NCBI GenBank assembly: GCA_977020255.1
Contig: CDROCS010001101.1
Span: 1 to 64,000 of the forward strand
Length of the DNA stretch: 64,000 bases
Reading direction: 5' to 3'
Source of the DNA: Obrimoposthia wandeli
Taxonomy: Eukaryota
Shown piece by piece: positions 48,528 to 59,700 of this stretch; the first letter of the stretch is position 1; every line of letters starts with the position of its first letter. The position numbers and the translations under genes are program-made. The notes below the pieces were generated by a model. The model saw nothing but the letters and a program-made list of their open reading frames with translations. It was not told the DNA's origin and did no database searches.

Positions 48528-50513
48528 CTAGATAGAATCAAGAATGAATGTCATGATGGCATCTTCTTCACTTTCCATACTCAGTGCTTTTGGTACGTAA
48601 TGAGGTGGTTTCAATATACCTCGCGCAATTAATTCATCCAGTAAACCTTTCGAATCAAAGCCAGTTTTACCGATAAATAAACTACTGATATCACCTTGTT
48701 TATATATCTGCAGGGCTTCTTTTAATCCGCGTAGATATAAATAATCTTTGGTAAAACCACCGCCGCGATAAGCTCTTAACGTAATGGTAAAGGCATCATC
48801 AATGGCAATATTATAATCATTAATCAATCCCAAATAGCACTGATTAAATGATTCGCCAGCTACCATTTTAGATACTGCAATAACGCGTAATGCCAGTGTC
48901 TTTAAGCGATGTAGTGGTAAGTTACCGGATAAATACTCACATAAAATGGCCAAACCTTCTTGGGCATGGGTATTCCCTGGTAACCCTAGCTTAAAGATAT
49001 GTAATGGTTGCACTTCTGCATTAGCCGTTGTTAATAAATGCACACCTAGTTCATGATGAATCAGCGCACTAAGATCTGTTTCATTAAATGAGCATTCATT
49101 ATTTACTTTAATTGTACGGCCACTTACCATCGCTCTCGCGATCATATTTTTAGCTTCGACAACCTTACATTTTACGCCGTATTCAGCAGCAGCTTGTTGA
49201 AATGCTGCCACAGCACCAGCAGCGTCAATACTTGCATCCATAATTGGCAGGTATTCACACGCATGCAAAATGAATTTTGCATTACTGATATCTTCTTTAT
49301 TCGGTTCACCATAATAACGTAGCGAATTATACAAGAATTGATCGGTACCAATACTGGCTAGCAAATCAATACGCATCGCTAATTGCTCAATGACAGTACG
49401 GTACAATTTTTGAATGTCAGCATCTAAAATAGTTTCGACCGGCAATCGATACAAATTTTCCTTAAACTTATAAGGGTCGATATCTAACTGTCGATAAGTA
49501 AAGTTAGGCTGATAGGAAAATGGATTATGTAAGAATCGTTTCTTTTCCTGTTTCAAATTTTTAGGCGTAATATAATTGAGCGTATTAATACCACGGGCTA
49601 GGGCGTATAGCTCTTTATCTAGTTTCACGACTTCTGTCGGTAAGCTAGACGATAATACATGCCTTAGCGGTTTTTGTTTACCTTTGCTGTAATACGTTAT
49701 TGCTGCTGCAGCATGTTCATTGATTGCTGTTTTCATGCCTTCTTTTAGTTTTTCGATAACCAATGGGAAGCTTTCACCACCCACTTCATTCATGTATACC
49801 TTTTTAACTTCAATCGGCATGATCAAGGTATTACGAAAATGTTCGGTAACAAAACTAGCTTGGTAACCTAGGCCTTTAAAAATATCATTCTCTGCCACTG
49901 ACACCGTAATATTCGGCAGCTCAATGTGTTTCAATTTACGCTGTAGGTTATCTAACACCTTACGCCAATGACGGCTGTTTAATTGTTGTGTACCAATGTT
50001 AAATGTTGGCGTCTTAGTCTCAATACGCTGATAGTTATAAGCGTGAATATCATACAGTAAACATATGCCGAACTTTGCTTCTAAAGTGCTAATCAAGCAC
50101 TTTAGGATACGATAGTAACGACTATGCTTAGCTTTACTTAACGCTATTTCGCTTGCTGGCAAAGTGTCTGACCAGACATCTTTACCCCAAGCCGTTTTGT
50201 AAACGCAATCAGCTAATGGTCTGTTAAGATCATACTCATAGCGAGAATCTTCAACTTGCAAGACAATCGGCTGTGAAGAAATAAAATCACCCGTAAACGG
50301 ATCTTCTTCATAATAACGCTCTTGCTCTGTCAACAATATATGCTGACTTAATGCATCGCGTATTTGATGGCCGTGATGAATCGCTGTTGCTATGTGTGGC
50401 TGATACTCACTGATCCGTAACGTTAAACTGCCATCTTCTAGCTGCGCTGTGAATGGGATCTGCTTACGGATGTTATTGAGTATCGCCTTTTCAGTAAGCC
50501 GCTGCATCTGCAA
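48528..50513 (-). CDS. N-formylglutamate amidohydrolase-like domain fused to a QEGLA-motif (DUF1704-type) metallopeptidase domain
   Basis: N-terminal ATAIHHGH / YDIHAYN; C-terminal HHELGVH...QEGLA...FTKDYLYLRG. Confidence 0.8.
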   Translation of the reverse strand: MQMQRLTEKAILNNIRKQIPFTAQLEDGSLTLRISEYQPHIATAIHHGHQIRDALSQHILLTEQERYYEEDPFTGDFISSQPIVLQVEDSRYEYDLNRPLADCVYKTAWGKDVWSDTLPASEIALSKAKHSRYYRILKCLISTLEAKFGICLLYDIHAYNYQRIETKTPTFNIGTQQLNSRHWRKVLDNLQRKLKHIELPNITVSVAENDIFKGLGYQASFVTEHFRNTLIMPIEVKKVYMNEVGGESFPLVIEKLKEGMKTAINEHAAAAITYYSKGKQKPLRHVLSSSLPTEVVKLDKELYALARGINTLNYITPKNLKQEKKRFLHNPFSYQPNFTYRQLDIDPYKFKENLYRLPVETILDADIQKLYRTVIEQLAMRIDLLASIGTDQFLYNSLRYYGEPNKEDISNAKFILHACEYLPIMDASIDAAGAVAAFQQAAAEYGVKCKVVEAKNMIARAMVSGRTIKVNNECSFNETDLSALIHHELGVHLLTTANAEVQPLHIFKLGLPGNTHAQEGLAILCEYLSGNLPLHRLKTLALRVIAVSKMVAGESFNQCYLGLINDYNIAIDDAFTITLRAYRGGGFTKDYLYLRGLKEALQIYKQGDISSLFIGKTGFDSKGLLDELIARGILKPPHYVPKALSMESEEDAIMTFILDSI

Positions 50514-51519
50514 TCACCTTACGAAATTCATTTTTACGCGTAATATTGATATTTTTTGCGTTTACAACACTTTCAACAAAATCAATGATTTCTACTTGTA
50601 ACTTAGTACGATTTAAACGGTTAATACGAGTGATACCACCCGGGCTTAATACATTTACTTCCACTAACTTACCGTTGATAACATCAAGACCAACAAGGTA
50701 CAGGCCGTCTCTAACTAATTTAGGGCCAATGTGTTTACACAAACGTAGCTCTTGTTTGGTCAGTACGTGTTTTACTTCTTTACCGCCTGCATGAATGTTT
50801 GAACGTACATCACCGTCTGCAGGTACACGTTTCATTGCGCCAATCGGTTGACCGTTTAGCATCATAATACGCACGTCGCCTTCTTCAGCGCCTTCAATAT
50901 AGTCCTGCAAAATAACGTAGTTCTGATCGTCGCCGATATAAAAATCAAGCAAGGATTTAACACTCGATTTAGCGTTTTTATCTAATAAGATCACGCCTGA
51001 ACCGCCGTAACCATTTAATGGCTTAAGGATCATGCAGTCTTTCGTGTTTTCGGCTAACACAGATTCGAGATAATCACGTTGCTTTGATACGTGCGTTACT
51101 GGAATAAATTCTTTATTCAAATCAGACATTGATGCCGTATACAATTTATTGTTCGCGACACGTAAACCATCAATATCGTTCATGATAAAAGTATCATCAC
51201 GTACTGAGTCTAAAAAGTTCAACGCCATCGTATCAAGTGGCGGATTAGAGCGCATAATAATGGCGTCAAATCCTGCTAAAGGTAACTGCGCTTCTCTAAA
51301 TTCTGCTTTACGGTAAAATCCTGGAATATTTGCTGATACAGTCCCTTTCTTAAGCACCTTACAAAAAGCGATCGACATGCTGTCACGCATGGTCAAATTA
51401 TTCGGTGTTGTGATCGCAACTGTGTGACCGCGGCTCGCAACTTCATGGATCATGCGTAGTGTTGAATCATTTTCTGGTTCAACATTTTCCCAAGGGTACA
51501 TAACAAAACAAATTTTCAT
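50491..51519 (-). CDS. Glutathione synthetase-like ATP-grasp ligase
   Basis: DSTL, MRSNPP, KPLNGYGGSGV, GDVRI, RSNIHAGG, EVNVLSPGG. Confidence 0.85.
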   Translation of the reverse strand: MKICFVMYPWENVEPENDSTLRMIHEVASRGHTVAITTPNNLTMRDSMSIAFCKVLKKGTVSANIPGFYRKAEFREAQLPLAGFDAIIMRSNPPLDTMALNFLDSVRDDTFIMNDIDGLRVANNKLYTASMSDLNKEFIPVTHVSKQRDYLESVLAENTKDCMILKPLNGYGGSGVILLDKNAKSSVKSLLDFYIGDDQNYVILQDYIEGAEEGDVRIMMLNGQPIGAMKRVPADGDVRSNIHAGGKEVKHVLTKQELRLCKHIGPKLVRDGLYLVGLDVINGKLVEVNVLSPGGITRINRLNRTKLQVEIIDFVESVVNAKNINITRKNEFRKVIADAAAY

Positions 51520-51672
51520 AGCATTCTACCAAACTGTATAGGGGTTATTTTTCGGCGATGGTAGGGCGGGAATGACTTTGTGTAAAACGAACAATTTTAC
51601 TGCTGACGATAAAAATATTTTGTTATTGAATATCTAAACTATATTGTATTATGTGATTATTTATTTTATCTA

Positions 51673-52551
51673 ATGAAGGCTAAACTCTTGGATACAGAGC
51701 TACTTAAAACATTTTTGGAAGTCACTAAGACAAGACACTTTGGTCGTGCGGCAGATAATTTATTCTTAACACAATCTGCGGTAAGTTTTAGGATCCGTCA
51801 TTTAGAGTCACAGTTGGGTAACCCATTGTTTTCACGTCAGCGTGGTAATTTACAACTGACCAGTGCTGGGGATCGCTTACTGCCGTATGCTGAGTCTATT
51901 TTACAAATGTGGGGGCGAGCACGGAACGATATTGCATTATCAGAAGAGCTATCGGTTCAGATCACATTAGGCGCGTCGGCAATATTCTGGGAGTTTGACG
52001 GAATTTCAGATTGGATAAACCGTATTTCTAGCGCAGATCCTGGTCTTGCTTTACGATTGGAATCGGTTCCGCGTCAGCATATGTCTAAACGCTTGCTTGA
52101 TAAGAGTATTGATCTGTCCATTACCAGTGAACCACCAGCCAACGATGATTTTAATATTGTCAAAGTGCGTGATTATCAATTGCAGCTCGTCACGCATAAG
52201 CCAGGTTGTGATATGGACAATATTAGTGAATTGCCTTTGGTGTATTTAGATTGGAGTACGCGATTTTCTATTCTGCACAATAAGATTGCAGCATTACAAC
52301 GTACTGCTGTTGTGCATACGGATTCATGTCGTATTGCATTGGATCATATTATTGGTAACGGTGGAGTGGGTTATTTACCTTCTCCGGTGATAGCACAGAG
52401 TGTAGATGCGGGTTTATTACATTTAGTACAAGATGCACCTGTGATGGATCAATCGTTATACCTTGTCTGCCGTGCAGATCATGAAAAGCAAAATATGATC
52501 GATAGCTTGCTTGCGGTACCGTTTAATAAAATAATCGAAAGCATCGATTAA
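51673..52551 (+). CDS. hdfR: LysR-family regulator, HdfR-like
   Basis: DTELLKTFLEV.KTRHFGRAA.NL.LTQSAVSFRIR is near identical to the HdfR N-terminus; may be a paralogue. Confidence 0.65.
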   Translation: MKAKLLDTELLKTFLEVTKTRHFGRAADNLFLTQSAVSFRIRHLESQLGNPLFSRQRGNLQLTSAGDRLLPYAESILQMWGRARNDIALSEELSVQITLGASAIFWEFDGISDWINRISSADPGLALRLESVPRQHMSKRLLDKSIDLSITSEPPANDDFNIVKVRDYQLQLVTHKPGCDMDNISELPLVYLDWSTRFSILHNKIAALQRTAVVHTDSCRIALDHIIGNGGVGYLPSPVIAQSVDAGLLHLVQDAPVMDQSLYLVCRADHEKQNMIDSLLAVPFNKIIESID

Positions 52552-52698
52552 TTTTAATGTAAAAAAAAGACCTTATTAAATACACCAATGTGGTTTTCTA
52601 ATAAGGTCTTATTCTTTTTAACTGCTTACTTTAACTACCTATCTGTCATTATCTATCTTTAACTCGATATCTTTAAATAAGTAGCGTTAAGCAAAAAG

Positions 52699-54039
52699 TT
52701 ACTTTTGTTTTGGCGCAGCAACATTACCTTTACGGTGTAATTTAGCACTTGTTTTACGGTGCTTACCTTTACTTGCTTTTTTCGATGGTGCAGTTGTTTT
52801 TGCTTTGTGTTCAACTTTTTCTTCACCAACCGCTTTATTACGACGAGGTTGACGACGTTCGTGTGATGCACGACCGCTAATATCTGCAATTAGACGGTCA
52901 CGGTTACTTACTTCATAACCCTTAACTACTTGACGTTCAATTTTATGACCAATCAAGGCTTCGATATCTGCAAGACCGTGTTCTTCTTCACGACATACGA
53001 ACGATACTGCATTACCAGTTTCGCCAGCACGGCCAGTACGACCGATACGGTGAACATAATCTTCCGCTAGGAAAGGTAAGTCAAAGTTAACGACGAATTT
53101 AAGACCTTGAACGTCAAGACCACGAGCAGCAACATCGGTAGCAACTAGTGCACGGATTTTACCTTCTTTAAATTCAGTTAAAGCACGACGACGAGCGCCT
53201 TGGCCTTTATCACCGTGACAAACGTCAGCACGAATACCGTCAAGTTTTAATTCTTTAACGATGTTGTTAGCCGCTTCTTTGGTATTAACGAATACTAAAA
53301 CTTGTTTCCAGTTTTTAGTACCAATTAATTCAGAAAGCAATTCTTGCTTACGACGTTGTTCAACAGGGTGGATAACATGTTTAATTGTTGTCGCTGTTGA
53401 GTTTTCTTTTGATGCAGAAACGATTACTGGTTGAGACAATAATTCATTTGCTAAATGCTTCATCTGCTGTGATAACGTCGCAGAGAAAAGCATCGTTTGA
53501 TGATCTGAAGTCATGCATTCTAAGATCTTACGGATATCAGTGATGAAACCCATGTCTAACATACGGTCCGCTTCATCAAGCACTAAGTGCTCAACGTTAG
53601 CAAGGTTAGTATTGTTAAGTTGTAAATGCTCTAACAAACGACCTGGAGTCGCTACTAAAACGTCAACACCAGCTTTAAGCTGTTTAGTTTGTGTTTCCAT
53701 TTTAACGCCGCCATAAACGCTAACAACGTTAAGGTCCATGAATTGGCTGTATGCTTTAATGTTGTCTGTTACTTGCGCTGCAAGTTCGCGAGTCGGTACT
53801 AAAATGATAGCGCGCACGTGAGAAGAGTGCATCTCTTTCGGCGTATCTGCAATTTGTTGCAAGATAGGTAAAGCGAATGCGGCTGTTTTACCGGTACCTG
53901 TTTGTGCGTTTGCTAGAATATCTTTACCGCGACCAGCAGCTGGAATTGCTTGCTGTTGTACAGGCGTCATTTGGTCATAATTACAAGCTTCTAGCGCGCG
54001 TAAAATTTCGGGAGTAAAACTATATGATGAAAATTTCAT
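52699..54039 (-). CDS. DEAD-box RNA helicase (RhlE-like)
   Basis: AQTGTGKT, PTRELA, DEAD, SAT, HRIGRTGRAG. Confidence 0.93.
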   Translation of the reverse strand: MKFSSYSFTPEILRALEACNYDQMTPVQQQAIPAAGRGKDILANAQTGTGKTAAFALPILQQIADTPKEMHSSHVRAIILVPTRELAAQVTDNIKAYSQFMDLNVVSVYGGVKMETQTKQLKAGVDVLVATPGRLLEHLQLNNTNLANVEHLVLDEADRMLDMGFITDIRKILECMTSDHQTMLFSATLSQQMKHLANELLSQPVIVSASKENSTATTIKHVIHPVEQRRKQELLSELIGTKNWKQVLVFVNTKEAANNIVKELKLDGIRADVCHGDKGQGARRRALTEFKEGKIRALVATDVAARGLDVQGLKFVVNFDLPFLAEDYVHRIGRTGRAGETGNAVSFVCREEEHGLADIEALIGHKIERQVVKGYEVSNRDRLIADISGRASHERRQPRRNKAVGEEKVEHKAKTTAPSKKASKGKHRKTSAKLHRKGNVAAPKQK

Positions 54040-54246
54040 TGAATATCCTAGCAGTTAGGCAATATGCCTCATTAGGCGGCATATTATACAGGAATAAATA
54101 ACTTAGGTGAATGTATGATTTACGTTAACAGATAAAATTTTTACGATAAATTGAAATAATTGTTTAGATGTTAAGCAAGGTTGAGCTTGGAACGCACTAT
54201 CAATATGCTATAATCCGCCGCTTATACTAGCATCATAGGTTTTATA

Positions 54247-54885
54247 ATGAGTAATGAGCAAACGTTTAAACTAGTCGCAATTGAAGGTAATATCGGTGTT
54301 GGTAAGTCAACATTACTGCCTTTACTGGCTAAAGAATTAACAGAAAATGACAACGCTAACTGGCAGTTAATTTTAGAAGATGTTGATTCAGACCCTGAAT
54401 TTCAACGCTTACTACAAGCGTTTACGGTTGATGCTACACGCCGCATTGAATTTCAACGCTACATTACGAATAAAAGATCGGATATCTGTAAAGATTTAGA
54501 TCCTGCGTTTAATTACATTATCGAGCGTTCATTATTTTCTGATCTTGTGTTCTGCCAAGCGAATCTAGCAGAAGCCTGCCGCCCTGACGGTAAAGATCTT
54601 GATTATTATTATGATATTCAAACAAAATTGAAAGATTATCCACGTGTTTCTGCTGTGGTATATCTACGTTGTGAAGCTGAAACTGCTTATGACCGTATGC
54701 TTTCACGTGCACGTGATGCTGAACAAGGTACACCACGTGATTATCTACAATTAATTTCTGATTGCCATGATACATTTTTACCGCATATTTGCCGTAAATA
54801 TGACACCGTTTTACTGACTGAAGATTGGACTGACTTCGGTTGCCCGAAAACACTAGCTAAACGTATTATTAGCGAAGGCCTGTAG
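54247..54885 (+). CDS. Deoxynucleoside kinase family protein
   Basis: IEGNIGVGKST P-loop; ERS motif; R.R..E lid. Confidence 0.88.
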   Translation: MSNEQTFKLVAIEGNIGVGKSTLLPLLAKELTENDNANWQLILEDVDSDPEFQRLLQAFTVDATRRIEFQRYITNKRSDICKDLDPAFNYIIERSLFSDLVFCQANLAEACRPDGKDLDYYYDIQTKLKDYPRVSAVVYLRCEAETAYDRMLSRARDAEQGTPRDYLQLISDCHDTFLPHICRKYDTVLLTEDWTDFGCPKTLAKRIISEGL

Positions 54886-55055
54886 TTGCCATTAGGTTGT
54901 TAACTAGAGTGTTAAACTAGGTGTTAAACAAGGGTGTAGATATATCTACGCCATTGTTATTTTATTCATATTAGATTAATCTGTAATTCATTATTTTCTT
55001 TTACATGGACAGGACGATTCTATAATCTGAACTGTGCTAAGTAAGGCCTCAGTTA

Positions 55056-56789
55056 GTGAAATTATTAGCTTTATTCGCATTTATTCTGCTTTCATCTGCT
55101 TCCGTTTTCTCTTCTTCCGCGTTTGCTGTATCTAACGTTGACTTCAAAATTAAAGGTGTTTCTGGTGACATCGAAGAGAATATCGATTCATACCTCTCCA
55201 CAATCGCAGTCCCTAAAGGTAATAACTACAGTTTTTTCGAATCTAAGGTTAGAAAAAACATTGTCGATTCTATCCAAGTATTCGGCTTTTATGCTCCAGA
55301 AATAACGATTAACCTGACAGTTGATGACGATGATCTCCTCGTATTTATTGATCTAAAACTCGGCCAAAGAGTGACGTTAGATAACGTTAATATTCAAGTT
55401 GACGGTGACGCTGCTGATGATCCGATGTTCCTAAAATTGCTCAATACCAAGCCACTTATCTCAGGTGCTAATTTATCGCATCAAGATTATGACAAACTTA
55501 AAGCAGATATTACTAAGCTTGCGGTCGAACGTGGTTACTTTGATGGGAAATGGCAAAAAAGTGAAGTTAGAGTCAGTATTAAAAAGCATTTAGCAGATAT
55601 TGATCTTATATTTGATAGTAAAAAACGTTATACATTTGGTGAGACGGTGCTGTCTAACCAAACTAAATCGGCGTCTATCATCTCTGAGTTGGCGACCTTT
55701 AAAGCAGGGCAGGAATTCGAGTCTCATTTGGTCGCGGAATACAGTTTAGCTTTGTTTAATAGTCGTTACTTTCAGTCAGCATCGGTAGCACCTGATATTA
55801 ATGCGAGGAAAAATGGTCAAGTACCGATGATTATTACGGTAATTAATCATCCGAGTAATACCTACGAGGTCGGTGTAGGTTATTTGAGTGACGTTGGTTT
55901 TAGGGGATCACTCGGTTGGAAAAAACCTTGGATTAATAGTCGCGGTGATAGTATCTCAGCTGATGTTGAATACTCAACAGTGCAGCAGGAATTTACACTA
56001 AACTATGATATTCCAATTGAAGATCCAATCACTAATATTGCTAAAATTCAGTTTGGTTTTCAGCGTAAAGATAATGAAGATACTTACAGTAAATTATTTA
56101 CGTTCCAATTACAGCGTCAATTTGAGCTCGAATCAAAGTGGTTACGCACTTGGTTTATTAAAGTAGAACAAGAAGATTTTACCCAGGGTAGTCAAGTTGG
56201 TAGTACTCTGATGATATTGCCCGGTGTCAGTTTCGCGAGAACGAAACAACGTGGTGGCGTTGACCCTTATTGGGGAAATCAGCAATTATTTAGTTTTGAA
56301 ACCGCGAGTAAATATTGGGGGGCGGATACTGATATGATTAAAGTACAAAGCCGAACGAAATATTTACGCTCGATTAATAGAACGCACTTCTTTACTGGCC
56401 GTGTAGACCTTGGCGCCATATATGTTGATGAAATTGAAAGTGTACCAGCTTCAATGCGTTTCTTTGCTGGTGGTAGTCAGAGCATACGTGGGTATGACTA
56501 TGAAACGGTTACGCCTATTGATGATGCAGACGCTTTTGTTGGTGGCCGTTATTTAACCGTCGGTTCACTCGAATATGGTTATCAATTTGCAAAGAAATGG
56601 CGTATAGGTTTTTTTGCCGATGCAGGGACTTCAACGAATGATTTTTCTGAACCTATTAGTGTTGGTATCGGAACAGGCATACGCTGGCTGACCCCTATAG
56701 GGCCTGTTAAACTTGACTTCGCGGTACCTGTTAATTCAGATACAGATACTAAGTATACTTTTCACTTGTACATCGGACCGGAATTGTAA
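55056..56789 (+). CDS. tamA: Translocation and assembly module outer-membrane subunit
   Basis: POTRA domains + Omp85 barrel, RFFAGG.QSIRGY; coupled to tamB. Confidence 0.92.
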   Translation: MKLLALFAFILLSSASVFSSSAFAVSNVDFKIKGVSGDIEENIDSYLSTIAVPKGNNYSFFESKVRKNIVDSIQVFGFYAPEITINLTVDDDDLLVFIDLKLGQRVTLDNVNIQVDGDAADDPMFLKLLNTKPLISGANLSHQDYDKLKADITKLAVERGYFDGKWQKSEVRVSIKKHLADIDLIFDSKKRYTFGETVLSNQTKSASIISELATFKAGQEFESHLVAEYSLALFNSRYFQSASVAPDINARKNGQVPMIITVINHPSNTYEVGVGYLSDVGFRGSLGWKKPWINSRGDSISADVEYSTVQQEFTLNYDIPIEDPITNIAKIQFGFQRKDNEDTYSKLFTFQLQRQFELESKWLRTWFIKVEQEDFTQGSQVGSTLMILPGVSFARTKQRGGVDPYWGNQQLFSFETASKYWGADTDMIKVQSRTKYLRSINRTHFFTGRVDLGAIYVDEIESVPASMRFFAGGSQSIRGYDYETVTPIDDADAFVGGRYLTVGSLEYGYQFAKKWRIGFFADAGTSTNDFSEPISVGIGTGIRWLTPIGPVKLDFAVPVNSDTDTKYTFHLYIGPEL

Positions 56790-59700
56790 TGCGCTTATTT
56801 GCACTATTTCTTACCTTACTGGCGTTATTTTTCGGCGCGATTGCTGGTTTACTTGGCAGTCATGCTGGTAATCAATACATTATTAATAAACTGAATAAAT
56901 CCGACTTGCCACTGCATCTGGTTTTAGAGCAAGGCACAGTATTAAGTCATGCCAGTTGGAAAGAAATAGATTGGCAAGGCGATTTATTGCAATTGTCGAT
57001 TACAGATCTAGATTATGAAATTGATTTATCGTGTTTACTCAGTGCTGAAGTGTGTGTCAATTCAATTAGCGCTGCAGCAGTGAGTTATTCAATGGCACTT
57101 GAAAAAGAGCCTCAGGTACTTTTAGGTATAGATTTAGGCGATGCATTAACACGTATCGCTGCGCTCGATGATCAAATTAGTAATAATGATTGGCAGTTAA
57201 ATATCCCATTATTGATTCGTGCGAAGCACATAGATATTAACAATATCAATGTTGAGGTTGCCAATACCCACATTACAGCTGACAGACTTGAAGGTGCAGT
57301 TAACTTGTCTGGGCGTGATATCACTGTTACGTCACTCAAAACGACAAATGTGTTTGTGCAAGTGATGACTGAAATAGCAAAAAACGGTGCTACAGACACA
57401 AAGCAAGCGCAGACGATGGTTGAAAACACCAAGCAATTAGATGCCGTCTCTAAACTACTGAATGAATTTTCACTTTATCAGGTATCCATTCCATTACGTG
57501 TCGATGTACTTGATGCTCAATTACTGCAATCTAAGCTCCAGGTTAATGACTTATTTTTGGATTTTAATGCAATAGACTTAATTGGTTTTATTGATGCTGG
57601 TGAAGTCGGTATTGAAAAATTGAATATGGCGATGCCGCAGGCTGATACCCGTTTAACGGGAGAAATATTATTACAGCAAGGTTACCCTTTGTTTGTAAAG
57701 GTGAAAACCACATTGAAGCAACCTGAATTATTGAACCAGGTTGTCGTTGATGTGAAAGCCGCTGGTAGTCTTGATAACATTAACTTATCGATAAATACTT
57801 CCGCGCCAGTTCAGGAAAAGAACAAGAAAAAGGGTCAAAGGCAGGGTCAGGAACAGAAAAATACTAAGATTAATATTAAGGCGTCCTTATCACCGTTAAA
57901 ATCAGGGTTACCGTTTTCTATTGATGCTAATTGGCAGGAGCTAGGCTGGCCATTATTCTCACCAGCGGTCATTGAAACAACGGCAGGCTCGTTATCATTA
58001 CAAGGTGATTTAGACGATTATGAAATCGCTATTTCTGGTTTGGTTGATATTGATAATGCGCCGTCATTAGACCTAGATGCAAAAGGAAGGGGTAATCTAA
58101 ACGGACTTTCATTATCTACGATTAACGCTGAAACCTTAGGCGGTATAGTGACCGCTTCAGCTAAAGTTGACTGGGTCGATGAGATCACTGTGAGCAGTAA
58201 AATCGCAACGAGCGGTGTACACCTTGACAAATATTGGCCTGACGTAAAATTACAACCCCGTGGTGATGCTCGTGTTGATTTTAAACTTAAACCACAATCT
58301 AATAATGATTGGCTTGTCGATGTGCATGATATCAATCTTGCGGCTGATGTGGAGGGTTACCCATTAACATTGCAGGGGCAGCTTACCTTAAACCAAGATT
58401 TATATTGGCGCTTGAATAATTTTTCTCTTTTCCGCGGCGAAGATTCTATCCAACTCGACGGTATCATTAATGAGCAATTCAAGTTAGGTGGTGAAATCGA
58501 TGTAAAAACATTCGCACCTTACCTTGCTGGGAGTTCAGGTAGTACTTTTGGTTATTTTACTGTTATTGGTGAGAAATCTAAACCTTGGTTAAACTTTGAT
58601 TTGTTCACTGATAATGTCACTTTACAAGATAATAGCTTAAAAGGTGCCGATCTAAATGGCCGAATTAGTTTAACCGAACGCCCCGAAGGCGTACTCTCTC
58701 TTTCTGGTGAAGAGCTACGTATGGGCGACCAAGTTATTAATAAAGTCGATGTTGAATATAAAGCAGATAGTGCTCGAAATAGTCTAAGTCTCAACGTTGA
58801 AAATGATAAGAATAATGCGCAATTGAAGATTGTAGGCACTTGGCTAGGTGATACTTGGCAAGGAAAAGTGACTAAAGGACGAGTAAATTCCGAATATGGT
58901 AATTGGATAATAGATCCCAATGTGCAATTTTCTTATGCAGGTAAAGATAATTACCTTTCTGTTGAGCAACATTGTTGGAATGAAAAACAAGCAAGGCTCT
59001 GTTTAGGCTTTGATGGCAAGCTTGATCAGGCCGATAAATTTGAATTTCAATTACATGATTACGACATTAATAAATTGGAATTAGAAACAGCAAGCAACTT
59101 GGAGATTGAGGGCTTGCTCAACATTACGAGTCAAGTTTCGTGGGGTAAAAAATTACCGTTACAACTCAATTCGGAATTGAGTATCGTTAATGGTTCGATG
59201 CTTATTTACAATGAAGAAGAAAGTAATGCTGCCAATTTTGAAACGTTAACAATGAAAGTTGGCCTAAATGAGTCTAGCTTATCAGTCAAAGCGAATGTTA
59301 AATCCGCTGAGTTAGGCGCTGTTACTGCGGATATCCGTATTGATGACGTTTTTACAACACGTGAACTGAGCGGTGATATAAATATCATGGATATTGATCT
59401 CTCGTTTATGGAGCCTTTAGTTTATCAAGTAGACGTGCTTAATGGTGTTGTGTCTGGCGCAGGTATTATCGATGGTACCCTCAATAAACCTGAAGTTATT
59501 GGTCAGTTTAATGTTAATAATGGCTACTTAGCGGGTGACGAGTTACCTATCACGCTTGAGAGCTTTCAATTTGATATTCAGGTAAGTGGTCAAAACGCCG
59601 TGATTACGGGTACTGCTAACTCAGGAAAGGGAATCGCGAAGGCTGTTGGTAACCTTGCTTGGGGTGATTCATTTAACTATGAATTGTTACTTCATGGCGA

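Noticed and set aside
54890-54940. Short imperfect repeats (GTGTTAAAC) between the kinase and tamA
   Set aside because: Only 2-3 degenerate copies in AT-rich DNA; no supportable function.
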